Shown here: piece by piece, positions 37,422 to 46,032 of the stretch
Numbering within the stretch: the stretch's first letter is position 1
Layout: every line of letters begins with the position of its first letter
The notes under the pieces: generated by a model
What the model saw: only the letters and a program-made list of their open reading frames with translations
Database searches by the model: none
What the model was told of the DNA's origin: nothing
Translations under genes and position numbers: made by a program
Origin: a virus
Lineage: Duplodnaviria > Caudoviricetes
Length of the DNA: 64,000 nt
Virus record (IMG/VR): IMGVR_UViG_3300037295_000263
Span: 64,001 to 128,000 of that record
Strand: one strand, 5' to 3'

Positions 37422-40091
37422 TTATTCAAAAGAAAATAAGTTTACAAAATTGTTGTCGCTTCTTGTAGATTTAATATCCCATTCGAGAACACCGATTAAG
37501 TTTTCTAATTTCTCATCAATAACAGCAGTTTCCATTTCCGCGTCATTAAATGGCAGATCTTTGAACCACTGCGGTAATCTTAATTCGTCGACAGGATACG
37601 CAACACTTGTATGACCTAATGGATTACTTTTTAATTTACAAACAATGACCTTTGCACCGTCTGTAATGTTTATACTATATTTGTCATCCATCATGCGTTT
37701 AAGAGTGTTCCAGTTGATACTAGCTCTAACATGCCCTGGCATATTTGCTTTACCTGCGGTTTTCTCTTTAGCTTGATACAGCGTAATATTATTAGCACGT
37801 TTTGGGCTACCCTTTTCCCATCCGGGCCTTAGTTTAAATTTAGTCCGGAATTCACAAATATGTGCTAGTACTTGTTCTTTTTCAACACCGTTAAGAACCA
37901 TAGTTAGTACTTCATTTAAAAAGTCTTGAATTACAACTGGAGTATCTGACCTTTTAAGATCTAGCCCTAGTGCTTTAATCTTGCCAGGCAATCCATTTAC
38001 ATCTGCTCGTTTTCCTTCCTTATCGTAATAAAGAACTGCATACCTTTTCTTTGTAATAAACAACCCTTTAGATGCAACTAATTCTCTGCCTGCCCGGATA
38101 ACTTCTCCTCTGGATTTAGGACAATGAAATGCATCTTGCATAAATTTAGGAAATGTACTATTCACTTCCTCACCGATAGTATCATACAGTTCAACAATCG
38201 ATTCTTTATTCCATGATAATTTCCCTAAATCGATTTCTTTCTTTAATGTAGGATACGCTGAAAAATAACAACTATCAGTATCTCCATAAATAATCGATTT
38301 TCCAGTATGACTAAATTCACCAGTAATAATCTCGTTAACTTTCCCGGCCATGTGTCGTGCAATTGCTCTGCCAGTTAGAGTAGTTGACTGTCCAATCCGC
38401 TTGTCGAAAAATCTACATCCTGGATTCAGAATTGCACCATATAAACTGTTTAAGTTAATTTTCTTTACTAATTGCCGTTTATCCCAATATTCTTCTTCGA
38501 TTTTATTACCAGCAGCAATTGCATCCTTTAGCTTACTTTGCATTTCTTTACGTTCAGCGTACCATCGTTTTAACAGTCCGGGAATAATTCCTTCCGACTC
38601 GTAGGTAAAGATTGTGCCGTTGGCACTTAACGTCCACGGCTGGTTGCTGTCAAAAATTAAGTCGTGTATTTGTGCAGCCGATAATGTATCGCTTCCGCCG
38701 TTTTCCCAATCTATTTGAATATCTCTTCCGGCTTCTCTGCTCATTACTGCGCTATATTCTAAACTACCAAATATACCTTCCCATGCTGCCGCGAATGATT
38801 TTCCTTTTGCTATCTGTGAATCGATAAAGTCATTAGTGCCATCTTGACGTAACTGTCCTACGATAGTTTCAGGACCCATGTTAAGTGCTCGAATAGCACT
38901 AGGATACAGTGAATTAATATCTAACGATCCAATCCATTCGTGTATGCCTTTTTTAGGATATGCAACATACGCACCTGCTGCTTGATTAGTTTCATTGGGA
39001 TCTCTGTGTTTACGATTAGGAACTATCATTCCTCTTTTATGTGCTTCATTGATGATAGCTTGTTCGGTAACAGCTACTGCTCCCATGGTAGTTTGTAACA
39101 ACACTGTACATTCGTGTGCCAACGTATTAGCGAGATCTAGAAATTTTAATTTTCTATCTAAACTATCTAACAACATAGTATCTTGTCTGTTGTATTCGAT
39201 AAATGTTTTAAAGTCGTTATTATATAATTGATCCAGCGATCCTTCATATTGTGTCTTAGTTTCTCCTAGCTCATATTCTGCAATAGAATTCAAACTGTAG
39301 CTATGACGTTCTTCATACGTATATTTGCGATACAACTCTAAACTATCTAAGTGAACACGTCCTACTAAATCGTAAGTACTAGCAGTCTTTCCGTATTTTT
39401 CATACTCTCTCTTTTTTGGATATTGGCCCCACAAGCAAAATCGTTTAGTATCTTCTTTGCTAAGGACTTTGGTAACTCTATTAACAGTATAAGGAATATC
39501 AAAGCCTTCACTATTCCACCCACTTAACACATCAGCATCTTGTATTAAATCTAAAAACGAATCTAACATTTCCGATTCACTTTTAAATAAAATAGTGTTT
39601 GGGAAATCTTTTACTTGGTGCGTAGCCTCTTCCATAGACAATGTTTTTGGCGGTATTGCTAAGCATACTAAAGTATCGAGCCATTGTAAATGAACTGCTA
39701 TTGCAGTTATTGGCATAAATGCATCTGCAGGCGATGCATATCCTCGTTCTGGGTCAAAATCTACTTCAATGTCAAAGAACGCTACGTTAAGTTTCGGAGC
39801 ATCTTGATTTAGGTAATTATCTTCTAGACAGCGATAAACAGGGTTGATGTCGCTTTCGTGTAATTTCTTATTATTGTGTATTGCCATTTCTTTTCGGTGC
39901 TCTTTTAAGTTCCTGGAACTTACCCGACTCAATGGCTCTTTTTTTATTGATTGAAACTTTCCCTTAACATCATAGTAGTAAAATAAATGTCTAGCAGGAA
40001 ATTCTTTGTAATGCCTCTTTCCATCAGTATCTCGTTCTACAACGTTAATTGCATCTTGATCTCTATTATAAAATGCATCTACATAACTCAT
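37422..40091 (-). CDS. gp43: Family B DNA polymerase (T4 gp43-like)
   Basis: Exo FDIEV, GWNSEGFDIPY, YNRQD; Pol SLDINSLYPS, KINLNSLYG, YGDTDS, KKRY; C-terminal FVNLFSF. Confidence 0.95.
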   Translation of the reverse strand: MSYVDAFYNRDQDAINVVERDTDGKRHYKEFPARHLFYYYDVKGKFQSIKKEPLSRVSSRNLKEHRKEMAIHNNKKLHESDINPVYRCLEDNYLNQDAPKLNVAFFDIEVDFDPERGYASPADAFMPITAIAVHLQWLDTLVCLAIPPKTLSMEEATHQVKDFPNTILFKSESEMLDSFLDLIQDADVLSGWNSEGFDIPYTVNRVTKVLSKEDTKRFCLWGQYPKKREYEKYGKTASTYDLVGRVHLDSLELYRKYTYEERHSYSLNSIAEYELGETKTQYEGSLDQLYNNDFKTFIEYNRQDTMLLDSLDRKLKFLDLANTLAHECTVLLQTTMGAVAVTEQAIINEAHKRGMIVPNRKHRDPNETNQAAGAYVAYPKKGIHEWIGSLDINSLYPSAIRALNMGPETIVGQLRQDGTNDFIDSQIAKGKSFAAAWEGIFGSLEYSAVMSREAGRDIQIDWENGGSDTLSAAQIHDLIFDSNQPWTLSANGTIFTYESEGIIPGLLKRWYAERKEMQSKLKDAIAAGNKIEEEYWDKRQLVKKINLNSLYGAILNPGCRFFDKRIGQSTTLTGRAIARHMAGKVNEIITGEFSHTGKSIIYGDTDSCYFSAYPTLKKEIDLGKLSWNKESIVELYDTIGEEVNSTFPKFMQDAFHCPKSRGEVIRAGRELVASKGLFITKKRYAVLYYDKEGKRADVNGLPGKIKALGLDLKRSDTPVVIQDFLNEVLTMVLNGVEKEQVLAHICEFRTKFKLRPGWEKGSPKRANNITLYQAKEKTAGKANMPGHVRASINWNTLKRMMDDKYSINITDGAKVIVCKLKSNPLGHTSVAYPVDELRLPQWFKDLPFNDAEMETAVIDEKLENLIGVLEWDIKSTRSDNNFVNLFSFE

Positions 40092-40104
40092 TATTATTCT
40101 CCTA

Positions 40105-40156
40105 TGTCATTTTTAGGCTGACAAATACCTAATTGTGGTTTATGGCCCACAGACCT
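40105..40156 (-). promoter_or_regulatory. Candidate structured RNA leader (two tandem H-type pseudoknots) abutting the polymerase RBS
   Basis: GGU-C-UGUGG-GCC-AUAAA-CCACA, then UUAGGU-AUU-UGUCA-GCCUAA-AAA-UGACA, then UAGGAG. Confidence 0.6.
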
Positions 40157-40161
40157 TTCTT

Positions 40162-40461
40162 TTACATACTTATTAATCTTATTAATCCTACGCTATCTAT
40201 ACTGACTAAAAGAAGATAATTAGCGACCATACCAGTCGAGCGTCGGGTCCATGCAGACCAACCAAATATAATACATTGAGTAATAAAGATAGGATAAAGT
40301 ATTAAGAACGGAGGATTCGGCAACGTAGTGGCCATAGTAATAGCACAACCGATACTCATAAACCATGCTGATATTTCCAGCACAAACCTAGCAGGCCATG
40401 CTTTAAAATCATTTTTAGCCCAGTTGAATACGTTAACTGCTGTGCTAGTTACTTGATCCAT
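40162..40461 (-). CDS. Small membrane protein (about 3 TM segments)
   Basis: Hydrophobic 99 aa ORF; TAATG overlap with the upstream gene. Confidence 0.65.
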   Translation of the reverse strand: MDQVTSTAVNVFNWAKNDFKAWPARFVLEISAWFMSIGCAITMATTLPNPPFLILYPIFITQCIIFGWSAWTRRSTGMVANYLLLVSIDSVGLIRLISM

Positions 40462-40727
40462 TATTCTTTTTCGGGCAAGTGTTTAGTAATATCGAGAATG
40501 CTTTCAATTTCTTGCCATTCGTGTTCGTGTTTTTCCCAATCGCCTTTGTGTGCAATCTTGATGGCCTTGTTAATAACAGCAGGTTTAATTTGTAATTCTT
40601 CTGCTACTGCTTTAACTGTTTCTTTCAGTCCTTCTTGTAAATCTTTAACTTCGCGTAGTACATTACTGCCTTCGTTGATTAATCTTTCTAATTTTGCTTT
40701 TTCTTCTGGTCCATACATTTTTGGCAT
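40461..40727 (-). CDS. T4 DsbA/GapR-like dsDNA-binding protein
   Basis: LKETVKAVAEELQIKPAVINKAIKIAHK pattern; 88 aa; AAGGAG RBS. Confidence 0.6.
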   Translation of the reverse strand: MPKMYGPEEKAKLERLINEGSNVLREVKDLQEGLKETVKAVAEELQIKPAVINKAIKIAHKGDWEKHEHEWQEIESILDITKHLPEKE

Positions 40728-40749
40728 GTTTAAATCTCCTTAAGTGTAT

Positions 40750-40778
40750 AGTATACGGTGATAAAAAAAGCCAGTCAA
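40750..40778 (-). promoter_or_regulatory. Sigma70-type promoter TTGACT-N17-TATACT
   Basis: Heads the dsbA-like to polymerase run; its -35 lies inside a terminator hairpin. Confidence 0.7.
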
Positions 40779-40800
40779 TACATAACTGGCTTATTTTTTT
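40761..40800. terminator. Intrinsic terminator AAGCCAGT-N9-ACTGGCTT with A/T tracts on both sides
   Basis: 8-bp stem 40768-40775/40785-40792, just downstream of the 40815 gene. Confidence 0.75.
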
Positions 40801-40814
40801 AGTAACTGGTTAAA

Positions 40815-41969
40815 TTACTTTTTGGTTTCTCTTAGTACATCGTACATTTCAAATCGTCCACCATTACGTTCGTAAATCAATCCTGCATAGACTTCCGACT
40901 TAGTTGATTCATTAAATTTTTGCGATGCCACACGTTGTGCCCATGTAAACAACGCTTTATCAATAGGATCAATTTGTTGTTGTCCGCCACTGGCTTCTAC
41001 AATAGAGATCATTTCTTTAAATGATAGTTTACGATCAACACTTTCTTTTACTGTAGACTTTTTCTTAGCAAAAGGATTTACTCCTTTTTTAGGAGCAGCA
41101 CCTTTCTTTTTATCAGCAGCAGCTTTTTTCATTGGCTCTTTCTTGTCACCGTCTTTATCTACATCTAAGAAATCAGGTTTAGCACCTTCTTTGACTTGCA
41201 TGCTTTTACAATCTTTAATCATTTCTTTTAATTTAGATTGGTCACAGTCTGGGTGCATCTTGCAAATTTCTGCTGTGGTTTTTCCATCTTTGCACATTTT
41301 AGCAATGTGCGCTTTGGACGGCATACTTTCTGTGCTATGATTCTTTCTTTCAGGCTTATCGAAGTCATATACAGAAGACTCGTCAGTTCTGTCTTCAGAG
41401 TCGCTATCTTTGTCGGAAACTTCTCTAACTTTAAGGTCGCCTAACGCCTTTAACGGATTGCCTAGCATATTGTCGAATGAAGTTTTAGCTTGTGCTTTTG
41501 TGTTAGCTTTTTTAGCAGCTTTTGCAGTTGGTTCTTTTTTATCGTCGTTTTTCTTTGCTTCTACCATTCTAGAAAACTTTAAGTCAAATGCATCGGTATT
41601 AAATGATTCTGTAGTAGCAGGTTCTTTAGCTGCAGTTTTTTTAGCGTCTCGTTTAACTTTTTTATCATCTTTATCGTCACTGCCTGGATCGTATAAACCT
41701 TTAGTTCTGTTATGACGCATACCAGTTTTAGTTTTAGTCGCCACTCCAGTCTTAGTTTGGTAAGTATCTCCTGGTTGTGCATTAGCATCAAACGCTTCTT
41801 TAGTTTCTTTTTCTTTTTTAGCCTCTGCAACATAAGATGTGCGTCCGCTCAACACTCGTAATTGAGCATCTTCAGTTAGCGTCATCGCAGAAGGTATAAC
41901 TGGAGCAGATGGAGTTTTGATTTTTCCATCGATGCTTTCAATTTTTTGAATAAGTTTTTTAAAATCCAT
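40815..41969 (-). CDS. Highly charged low-complexity protein, putative prohead core/internal protein
   Basis: K/D/E-rich; many (I/L/V/T)xE(S/A) sites; DFLDVDKDGD motif; late motif upstream. Confidence 0.55.
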   Translation of the reverse strand: MDFKKLIQKIESIDGKIKTPSAPVIPSAMTLTEDAQLRVLSGRTSYVAEAKKEKETKEAFDANAQPGDTYQTKTGVATKTKTGMRHNRTKGLYDPGSDDKDDKKVKRDAKKTAAKEPATTESFNTDAFDLKFSRMVEAKKNDDKKEPTAKAAKKANTKAQAKTSFDNMLGNPLKALGDLKVREVSDKDSDSEDRTDESSVYDFDKPERKNHSTESMPSKAHIAKMCKDGKTTAEICKMHPDCDQSKLKEMIKDCKSMQVKEGAKPDFLDVDKDGDKKEPMKKAAADKKKGAAPKKGVNPFAKKKSTVKESVDRKLSFKEMISIVEASGGQQQIDPIDKALFTWAQRVASQKFNESTKSEVYAGLIYERNGGRFEMYDVLRETKK

Positions 41970-41995
41970 TTTTATTAATCCTAGAGTGTTAGATA

Positions 41996-42003
41996 TATTT
42001 ATC
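41996..42003 (-). promoter_or_regulatory. Late-like motif GATAAATA
   Basis: Upstream of the AGGA RBS of the 384-aa charged protein. Confidence 0.55.
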
Positions 42004-42181
42004 TTTTTATGCTTCCGCCGGTCAAAAGGTTTGTTCCTTTTAAATCAAGCGCATTCTTGGCAGTACCGTTTTTATTTTTTAGGGTCTTGCCAGGTTTATT
42101 TTTATAAACAGCACCAACTGATACATTTCCTGCGGAAGTAGCACCTGCTGTTGCTGTCTCTAAAATATCTCGTATTTTCAT
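41999..42181 (-). CDS. Small putative internal head protein
   Basis: MKIRDILE N-terminus; ATG 5 nt after GATAAATA. Confidence 0.6.
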   Translation of the reverse strand: MKIRDILETATAGATSAGNVSVGAVYKNKPGKTLKNKNGTAKNALDLKGTNLLTGGSIKR

Positions 42182-42186
42182 ATTAT

Positions 42187-42194
42187 TATTTATC
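42187..42194 (-). promoter_or_regulatory. Late-like motif GATAAATA
   Basis: 5 nt before ATG 42181. Confidence 0.6.
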
Positions 42195-42203
42195 ATAATG
42201 CTG

Positions 42204-42779
42204 CTACAAATTGCTGTTAAATTCCGGCCCTTGCAAGGTAGTGTTTGTTACTTTTTGTATAAGTTGCCATGCTAATCCTAATTTCTTCTTTTCCAATAAC
42301 TCTTTAAATATTGCTTTTTCTTCTTCGTTAGCAGACTTATAAAATTTCATAACTTCCATCATGCCAATATTTCCCTTATAACTGGCTTCGTGAGTAATAC
42401 TTTCGCCACCTCCGCCGTCGCCTCCCATAGTTCCGCTATATCCTGTATTAAACCCGTATCCTCCGTACCCCCATGCAGCACCACGAGCTTTTTTCTTTTT
42501 GCGAAATCTTTTACGTTCTTGTATGCTTTCGTCTGTATCTTTGTGCCAATAAAGAGAATTAGAATCGTAAGGCGGTGGGGCAAGATTGCGAAGCGTGCTT
42601 TTTTGTGCAGCATTGACTGCTTTGCTTCTTGCAGCAAGCGCCATTCTTTTTAAGGTTTCTGGGTCTTTTCTTTGTAATGCAGGAAAGGCACTAGTTTGAA
42701 AATGCTGTACCCACGTCGAAATGCTGTCGTTTGCAGTTGGTTTGATTCTGGATTCGACAGTAAATTCGCATGCTCTCAT
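42204..42779 (-). CDS. Putative internal head protein with basic and Gly/Tyr-rich segments
   Basis: [10 protein letters not shown] start (ATGA overlap with the erpA stop); [27 protein letters not shown]. Confidence 0.6.
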   Translation of the reverse strand: MRACEFTVESRIKPTANDSISTWVQHFQTSAFPALQRKDPETLKRMALAARSKAVNAAQKSTLRNLAPPPYDSNSLYWHKDTDESIQERKRFRKKKKARGAAWGYGGYGFNTGYSGTMGGDGGGGESITHEASYKGNIGMMEVMKFYKSANEEEKAIFKELLEKKKLGLAWQLIQKVTNTTLQGPEFNSNL

Positions 42780-43099
42780 ACATTGAAGCTGCTTCCGCAC
42801 CCGCATGTAGATTGTGCATTTGGATTACTAATGCTAAAAGAAGACCCCATGACATCTTCGGTATAGTCGATAACTGCTCCATACAAATACTGCATGCTCA
42901 TACAATCTACTAATAACTTAGTGTCGCCTAGGACTACTTCAAAATCGTCGTCTGATTGCTCGTCGTCGAATGTAAATCCGTATTGAAAACCACTACATCC
43001 TCCGCCTTGAACAAATGTTCGTAGTTTTAATTCAGGTTTCCCTTCTTCATGAAATAAGTCTAATATTTTAGATTTAGCTGATTCAGTAATGTTAATCAT
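42776..43099 (-). CDS. erpA: A-type Fe-S carrier ErpA/IscA (HesB family)
   Basis: [10 protein letters not shown] and [14 protein letters not shown]. Confidence 0.9.
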   Translation of the reverse strand: MINITESAKSKILDLFHEEGKPELKLRTFVQGGGCSGFQYGFTFDDEQSDDDFEVVLGDTKLLVDCMSMQYLYGAVIDYTEDVMGSSFSISNPNAQSTCGCGSSFNV

Positions 43100-43107
43100 G
43101 TTTAATG

Positions 43108-43299
43108 TTATCCTGCAGCTTGGACAGATAACGACTTTTTGTGTTTATCGATTCCTTGCTTTGCTGCTTTTTTCTTGTTAGTGTGAGAACCTGCGCCGCC
43201 GCCGCCGATAGTAGCAGACGCATTTTTAGCAACGGGATTTCGTGGCTTAGCAGGTACAAGATTTTTTTTTAATTCAGTAATAAATTCGATAGCTCTCAT
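43108..43299 (-). CDS. Small basic putative internal head protein
   Basis: MRAIEFITE start 5 nt after CTAAATA; GGGGAGSH; Lys-rich. Confidence 0.6.
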   Translation of the reverse strand: MRAIEFITELKKNLVPAKPRNPVAKNASATIGGGGAGSHTNKKKAAKQGIDKHKKSLSVQAAG

Positions 43300-43303
43300 A
43301 GTA

Positions 43304-43564
43304 CTATTTAGCATCTCCGAACCAATGTTTAAACCATTCGTCTGTTCCTGGTTTTATACTATTCTCCCTTGCTACTTGTCCTTTATTGCTGCCCTGTATG
43401 ACAGGTAGTGTTAAACTTCTATATGCAGATAGCGCAGCCTCTCCTCCTAATCCACCTAGCTGTCCGACAGCTTTTAATTGGTGGATTGGATCATCCGATG
43501 ATAATATACAATCATGGTCTTCTGACTGAGTTATATTTGCTGTTGTAATTCTAAATTGTTTCAT
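43304..43564 (-). CDS. Hypothetical protein
   Basis: Start set at MKQFRITT (43564); ends IKPGTDEWFKHWF. Confidence 0.55.
   Translation of the reverse strand: MKQFRITTANITQSEDHDCILSSDDPIHQLKAVGQLGGLGGEAALSAYRSLTLPVIQGSNKGQVARENSIKPGTDEWFKHWFGDAK
43305..43311 (-). promoter_or_regulatory. Late-like motif CTAAATA
   Basis: 5 nt before ATG 43299. Confidence 0.55.
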
Positions 43565-44150
43565 TTCCAAGACCCATTCCTTCCCTAACTCTATTATACA
43601 TCTCTCTAGAATATTTATCATTTCCAACAGTGTTGGTAAACTCGGAAAAATTGCCTTCTACTGCATGCTTTCTTGCGGTAGAAGCACTAATGCTTTCGAT
43701 ACCATCTGCATCAGGATCTCGATCTCCTGCAGATTTAAAATCTAGTTGATCAAAGTGGTAAAATCCATGGGCTTTGCCTTCTACTCCGTTATATGCAACC
43801 AACGTGTTATAAATTGATTTCCTGTCTGATCCAGCAACAAATGTTGCATTTCTATATCCAGATTCGTACAAAAATACAGCAACTTTTATTATAGTGGTTA
43901 GACTTTTATTGTTAACAACGTGACTTGCATATTTAGGATTCATTGCGCCAATAAATTTAATTTTTTCCTCATAAGTTAACGGATTCTTTTCTTTATCTTG
44001 AGTAGAACTTACAAATATCTTGTAATCGTCCCCCAGAGCGGACATGACCTCGAATAAATGAGCATGTCCTCGTGTGGGAGGATTCATTCTGCCAAAACAA
44101 AACGCAACTGTATTAGAATTAGGGTTCTCAAAGAGTTCAATTAGTTTCAT
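43551..44150 (-). CDS. HxGH-superfamily nucleotidyltransferase (cytidyltransferase/NMNAT-like)
   Basis: FGRMNPPTRGH, VAGSDR, SISASTAR. Confidence 0.75.
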   Translation of the reverse strand: MKLIELFENPNSNTVAFCFGRMNPPTRGHAHLFEVMSALGDDYKIFVSSTQDKEKNPLTYEEKIKFIGAMNPKYASHVVNNKSLTTIIKVAVFLYESGYRNATFVAGSDRKSIYNTLVAYNGVEGKAHGFYHFDQLDFKSAGDRDPDADGIESISASTARKHAVEGNFSEFTNTVGNDKYSREMYNRVREGMGLGNETI

Positions 44151-45046
44151 GATATAAAGTTACATATTTTTGTTTGTACATGAGTAAAGGCACTTTCGAT
44201 TTTAGACAACGACAGATTTTTTTCAATTTCTTTCATAGTTCCTATTTCTCCAGATTTTACAGTAATCATAGATTTAAATATGCCTTGTATTCTATTACCG
44301 CTTCGGGGGTTTGTCAACACCTGTTCTGAAGTTGTTAACAGTTCGTCAAATGATAAACTTAAATTATATTGATATAATAGTTTTCGTAAATCTTCAAAAT
44401 TCTTAGATGTCCATAAAATTTCTTTATTCAATTGATTAAATGTTCCAGGAACGTAACTAACTCTACGTAGCTGTAGTTCAACACTAGACAGATTAAATTC
44501 ATATTCTTGATCGAGTGGTAATTCACTATCTACTTCGATGCCCAACTTTGCAAATAGAATTGAAGGAGCAGTTTCGATAGCTGCAACTTTGACTAGTCCT
44601 AGTATTATACCTTGCTTAGCAGCAGGCAAATCCAAAAATTGTTTCTTAAATAGTGCTTCTGTAGAATCTAACGCAATGATATTGTCGATTTGCACACTAT
44701 ACCCTAACTGTTTGTCATAATAACGAACCGTAACTAGTTCTCCAGTGTTGTATGTCTTTTTACCTGAATGTTTAACAGAAGTAAACGGAACAATAACAGA
44801 ATCAGGCATCTGATTAAAGAATACCACTAATTCTTTTTTAACTGTAGGTTTATCATGAGCCGACTCGACATGTACAATGATATCGATATCACCAAAGCTT
44901 GTTTTGTTAAAATCGGAGTTGTAACTTCCTGAAACGTGCAACGAAACGAACCCTGGAAATTTTGAAATAATGTTGTCGTATGATAACAAAAATTTATCGA
45001 AGTCGGCTCTACTTTTTACCCGATCAGCACCAGTAGACCCGCTCAT
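44147..45046 (-). CDS. Pol-beta superfamily nucleotidyltransferase-like protein
   Basis: SGSY...GDIDI plus a third acid in VQID. Confidence 0.65.
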   Translation of the reverse strand: MSGSTGADRVKSRADFDKFLLSYDNIISKFPGFVSLHVSGSYNSDFNKTSFGDIDIIVHVESAHDKPTVKKELVVFFNQMPDSVIVPFTSVKHSGKKTYNTGELVTVRYYDKQLGYSVQIDNIIALDSTEALFKKQFLDLPAAKQGIILGLVKVAAIETAPSILFAKLGIEVDSELPLDQEYEFNLSSVELQLRRVSYVPGTFNQLNKEILWTSKNFEDLRKLLYQYNLSLSFDELLTTSEQVLTNPRSGNRIQGIFKSMITVKSGEIGTMKEIEKNLSLSKIESAFTHVQTKICNFIS

Positions 45047-46032
45047 TATAATTGTGCTAACAAGTTTGATGTAGCAGGAAGAAATTTTCCTGACAAACTC
45101 AATTTATCTTTCCTTAAAATCCATTCCTCTTGCAAATTATTAGGAATATCTGCTCGTGTAGAATCAAGTATTTTAAAATATACATTCAAAAGCTGAGAAT
45201 AGTCTGCAGGTTTCATTTTTTCTTTAAGCAGTGCATGCAACTTAAAATAGTCTTCTGCATCTTCTTGTAATATATCAAACCCTAATCGTGCGCTTAGCAT
45301 TGCAAGTGCTTGACCTGGATCGTGTGCGACAACAAGATCAGTATCTTTATCTTTTACCCCAGTAACATGATTAAATGATAAATTAGCTACTTGGAATGCC
45401 GATAACATTAATTGTGTGCGATGCAGGCCCTTAACATTCGAAGTTAACAAACGCGGAGCAGAGTAATAAGAAAATTTAAGCCATGGCAGATCACCCACCA
45501 TCCAATCTATCTGAACATTTATATCTAGCTTTTTTCCAGAAGCATTACTTTGTGGGTAAAGCCCAAACATGTTTCCAGTGGAAACTTTTTTCTCGTCAGC
45601 TTTCAATACAGGTGCTTTGATGTTAATTTGTTTTGCTAATACTTTTAAAAATGCTTTCATTCTTAATTGAGAAGGTGTGGAAGTACGGGCTCGCTTAGTT
45701 AGTAATTGGAATTCAGCTAACACTTCAGCCGGGTCTACTCCCCATTCTGCAATAGCATTGTCTGACATATCTTTGTCTAAAATAACCGATACATCCACTG
45801 CTAAATCAATATCTCCTGATTCGTCTACTTTACCAACAGAACCTACAGGATTAAAGTATTGTTCATTAAAGATTTTAGACTTATTTGGAAAAATTGCAGC
45901 TAACTCTTTAAAATACTCATTTAATGTTGGGCTAATATTTTCTTTCTTAATGCCACTAGTTTGCCCTTTGAAAACGTTTCCGCCTTCAACTACTAATACT
46001 GGTTGTATGTCTGTGTGTTGATCAATCTTCAT
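45046..46032 (-). CDS. Pol-beta superfamily nucleotidyltransferase-like protein
   Basis: EGGNVF; VGSVG...GDIDL; VQIDWM. Confidence 0.65.
   Translation of the reverse strand: MKIDQHTDIQPVLVVEGGNVFKGQTSGIKKENISPTLNEYFKELAAIFPNKSKIFNEQYFNPVGSVGKVDESGDIDLAVDVSVILDKDMSDNAIAEWGVDPAEVLAEFQLLTKRARTSTPSQLRMKAFLKVLAKQINIKAPVLKADEKKVSTGNMFGLYPQSNASGKKLDINVQIDWMVGDLPWLKFSYYSAPRLLTSNVKGLHRTQLMLSAFQVANLSFNHVTGVKDKDTDLVVAHDPGQALAMLSARLGFDILQEDAEDYFKLHALLKEKMKPADYSQLLNVYFKILDSTRADIPNNLQEEWILRKDKLSLSGKFLPATSNLLAQL

Noticed and set aside
37422-40091. Intein or intron in the DNA polymerase
   Set aside because: 889 aa with all motifs at normal spacing; no splicing or homing-endonuclease motifs.
40105-40156. 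Calling the polymerase leader a preQ1-I riboswitch
   Set aside because: The topology is similar, but the conserved preQ1-I loop sequence and ligand-pairing C are absent; kept only as an unassigned structured leader.
43612-43619. GATAAATA inside the HxGH nucleotidyltransferase gene
   Set aside because: Explained by the codons for Asp-Lys-Tyr; no independent support as a promoter.
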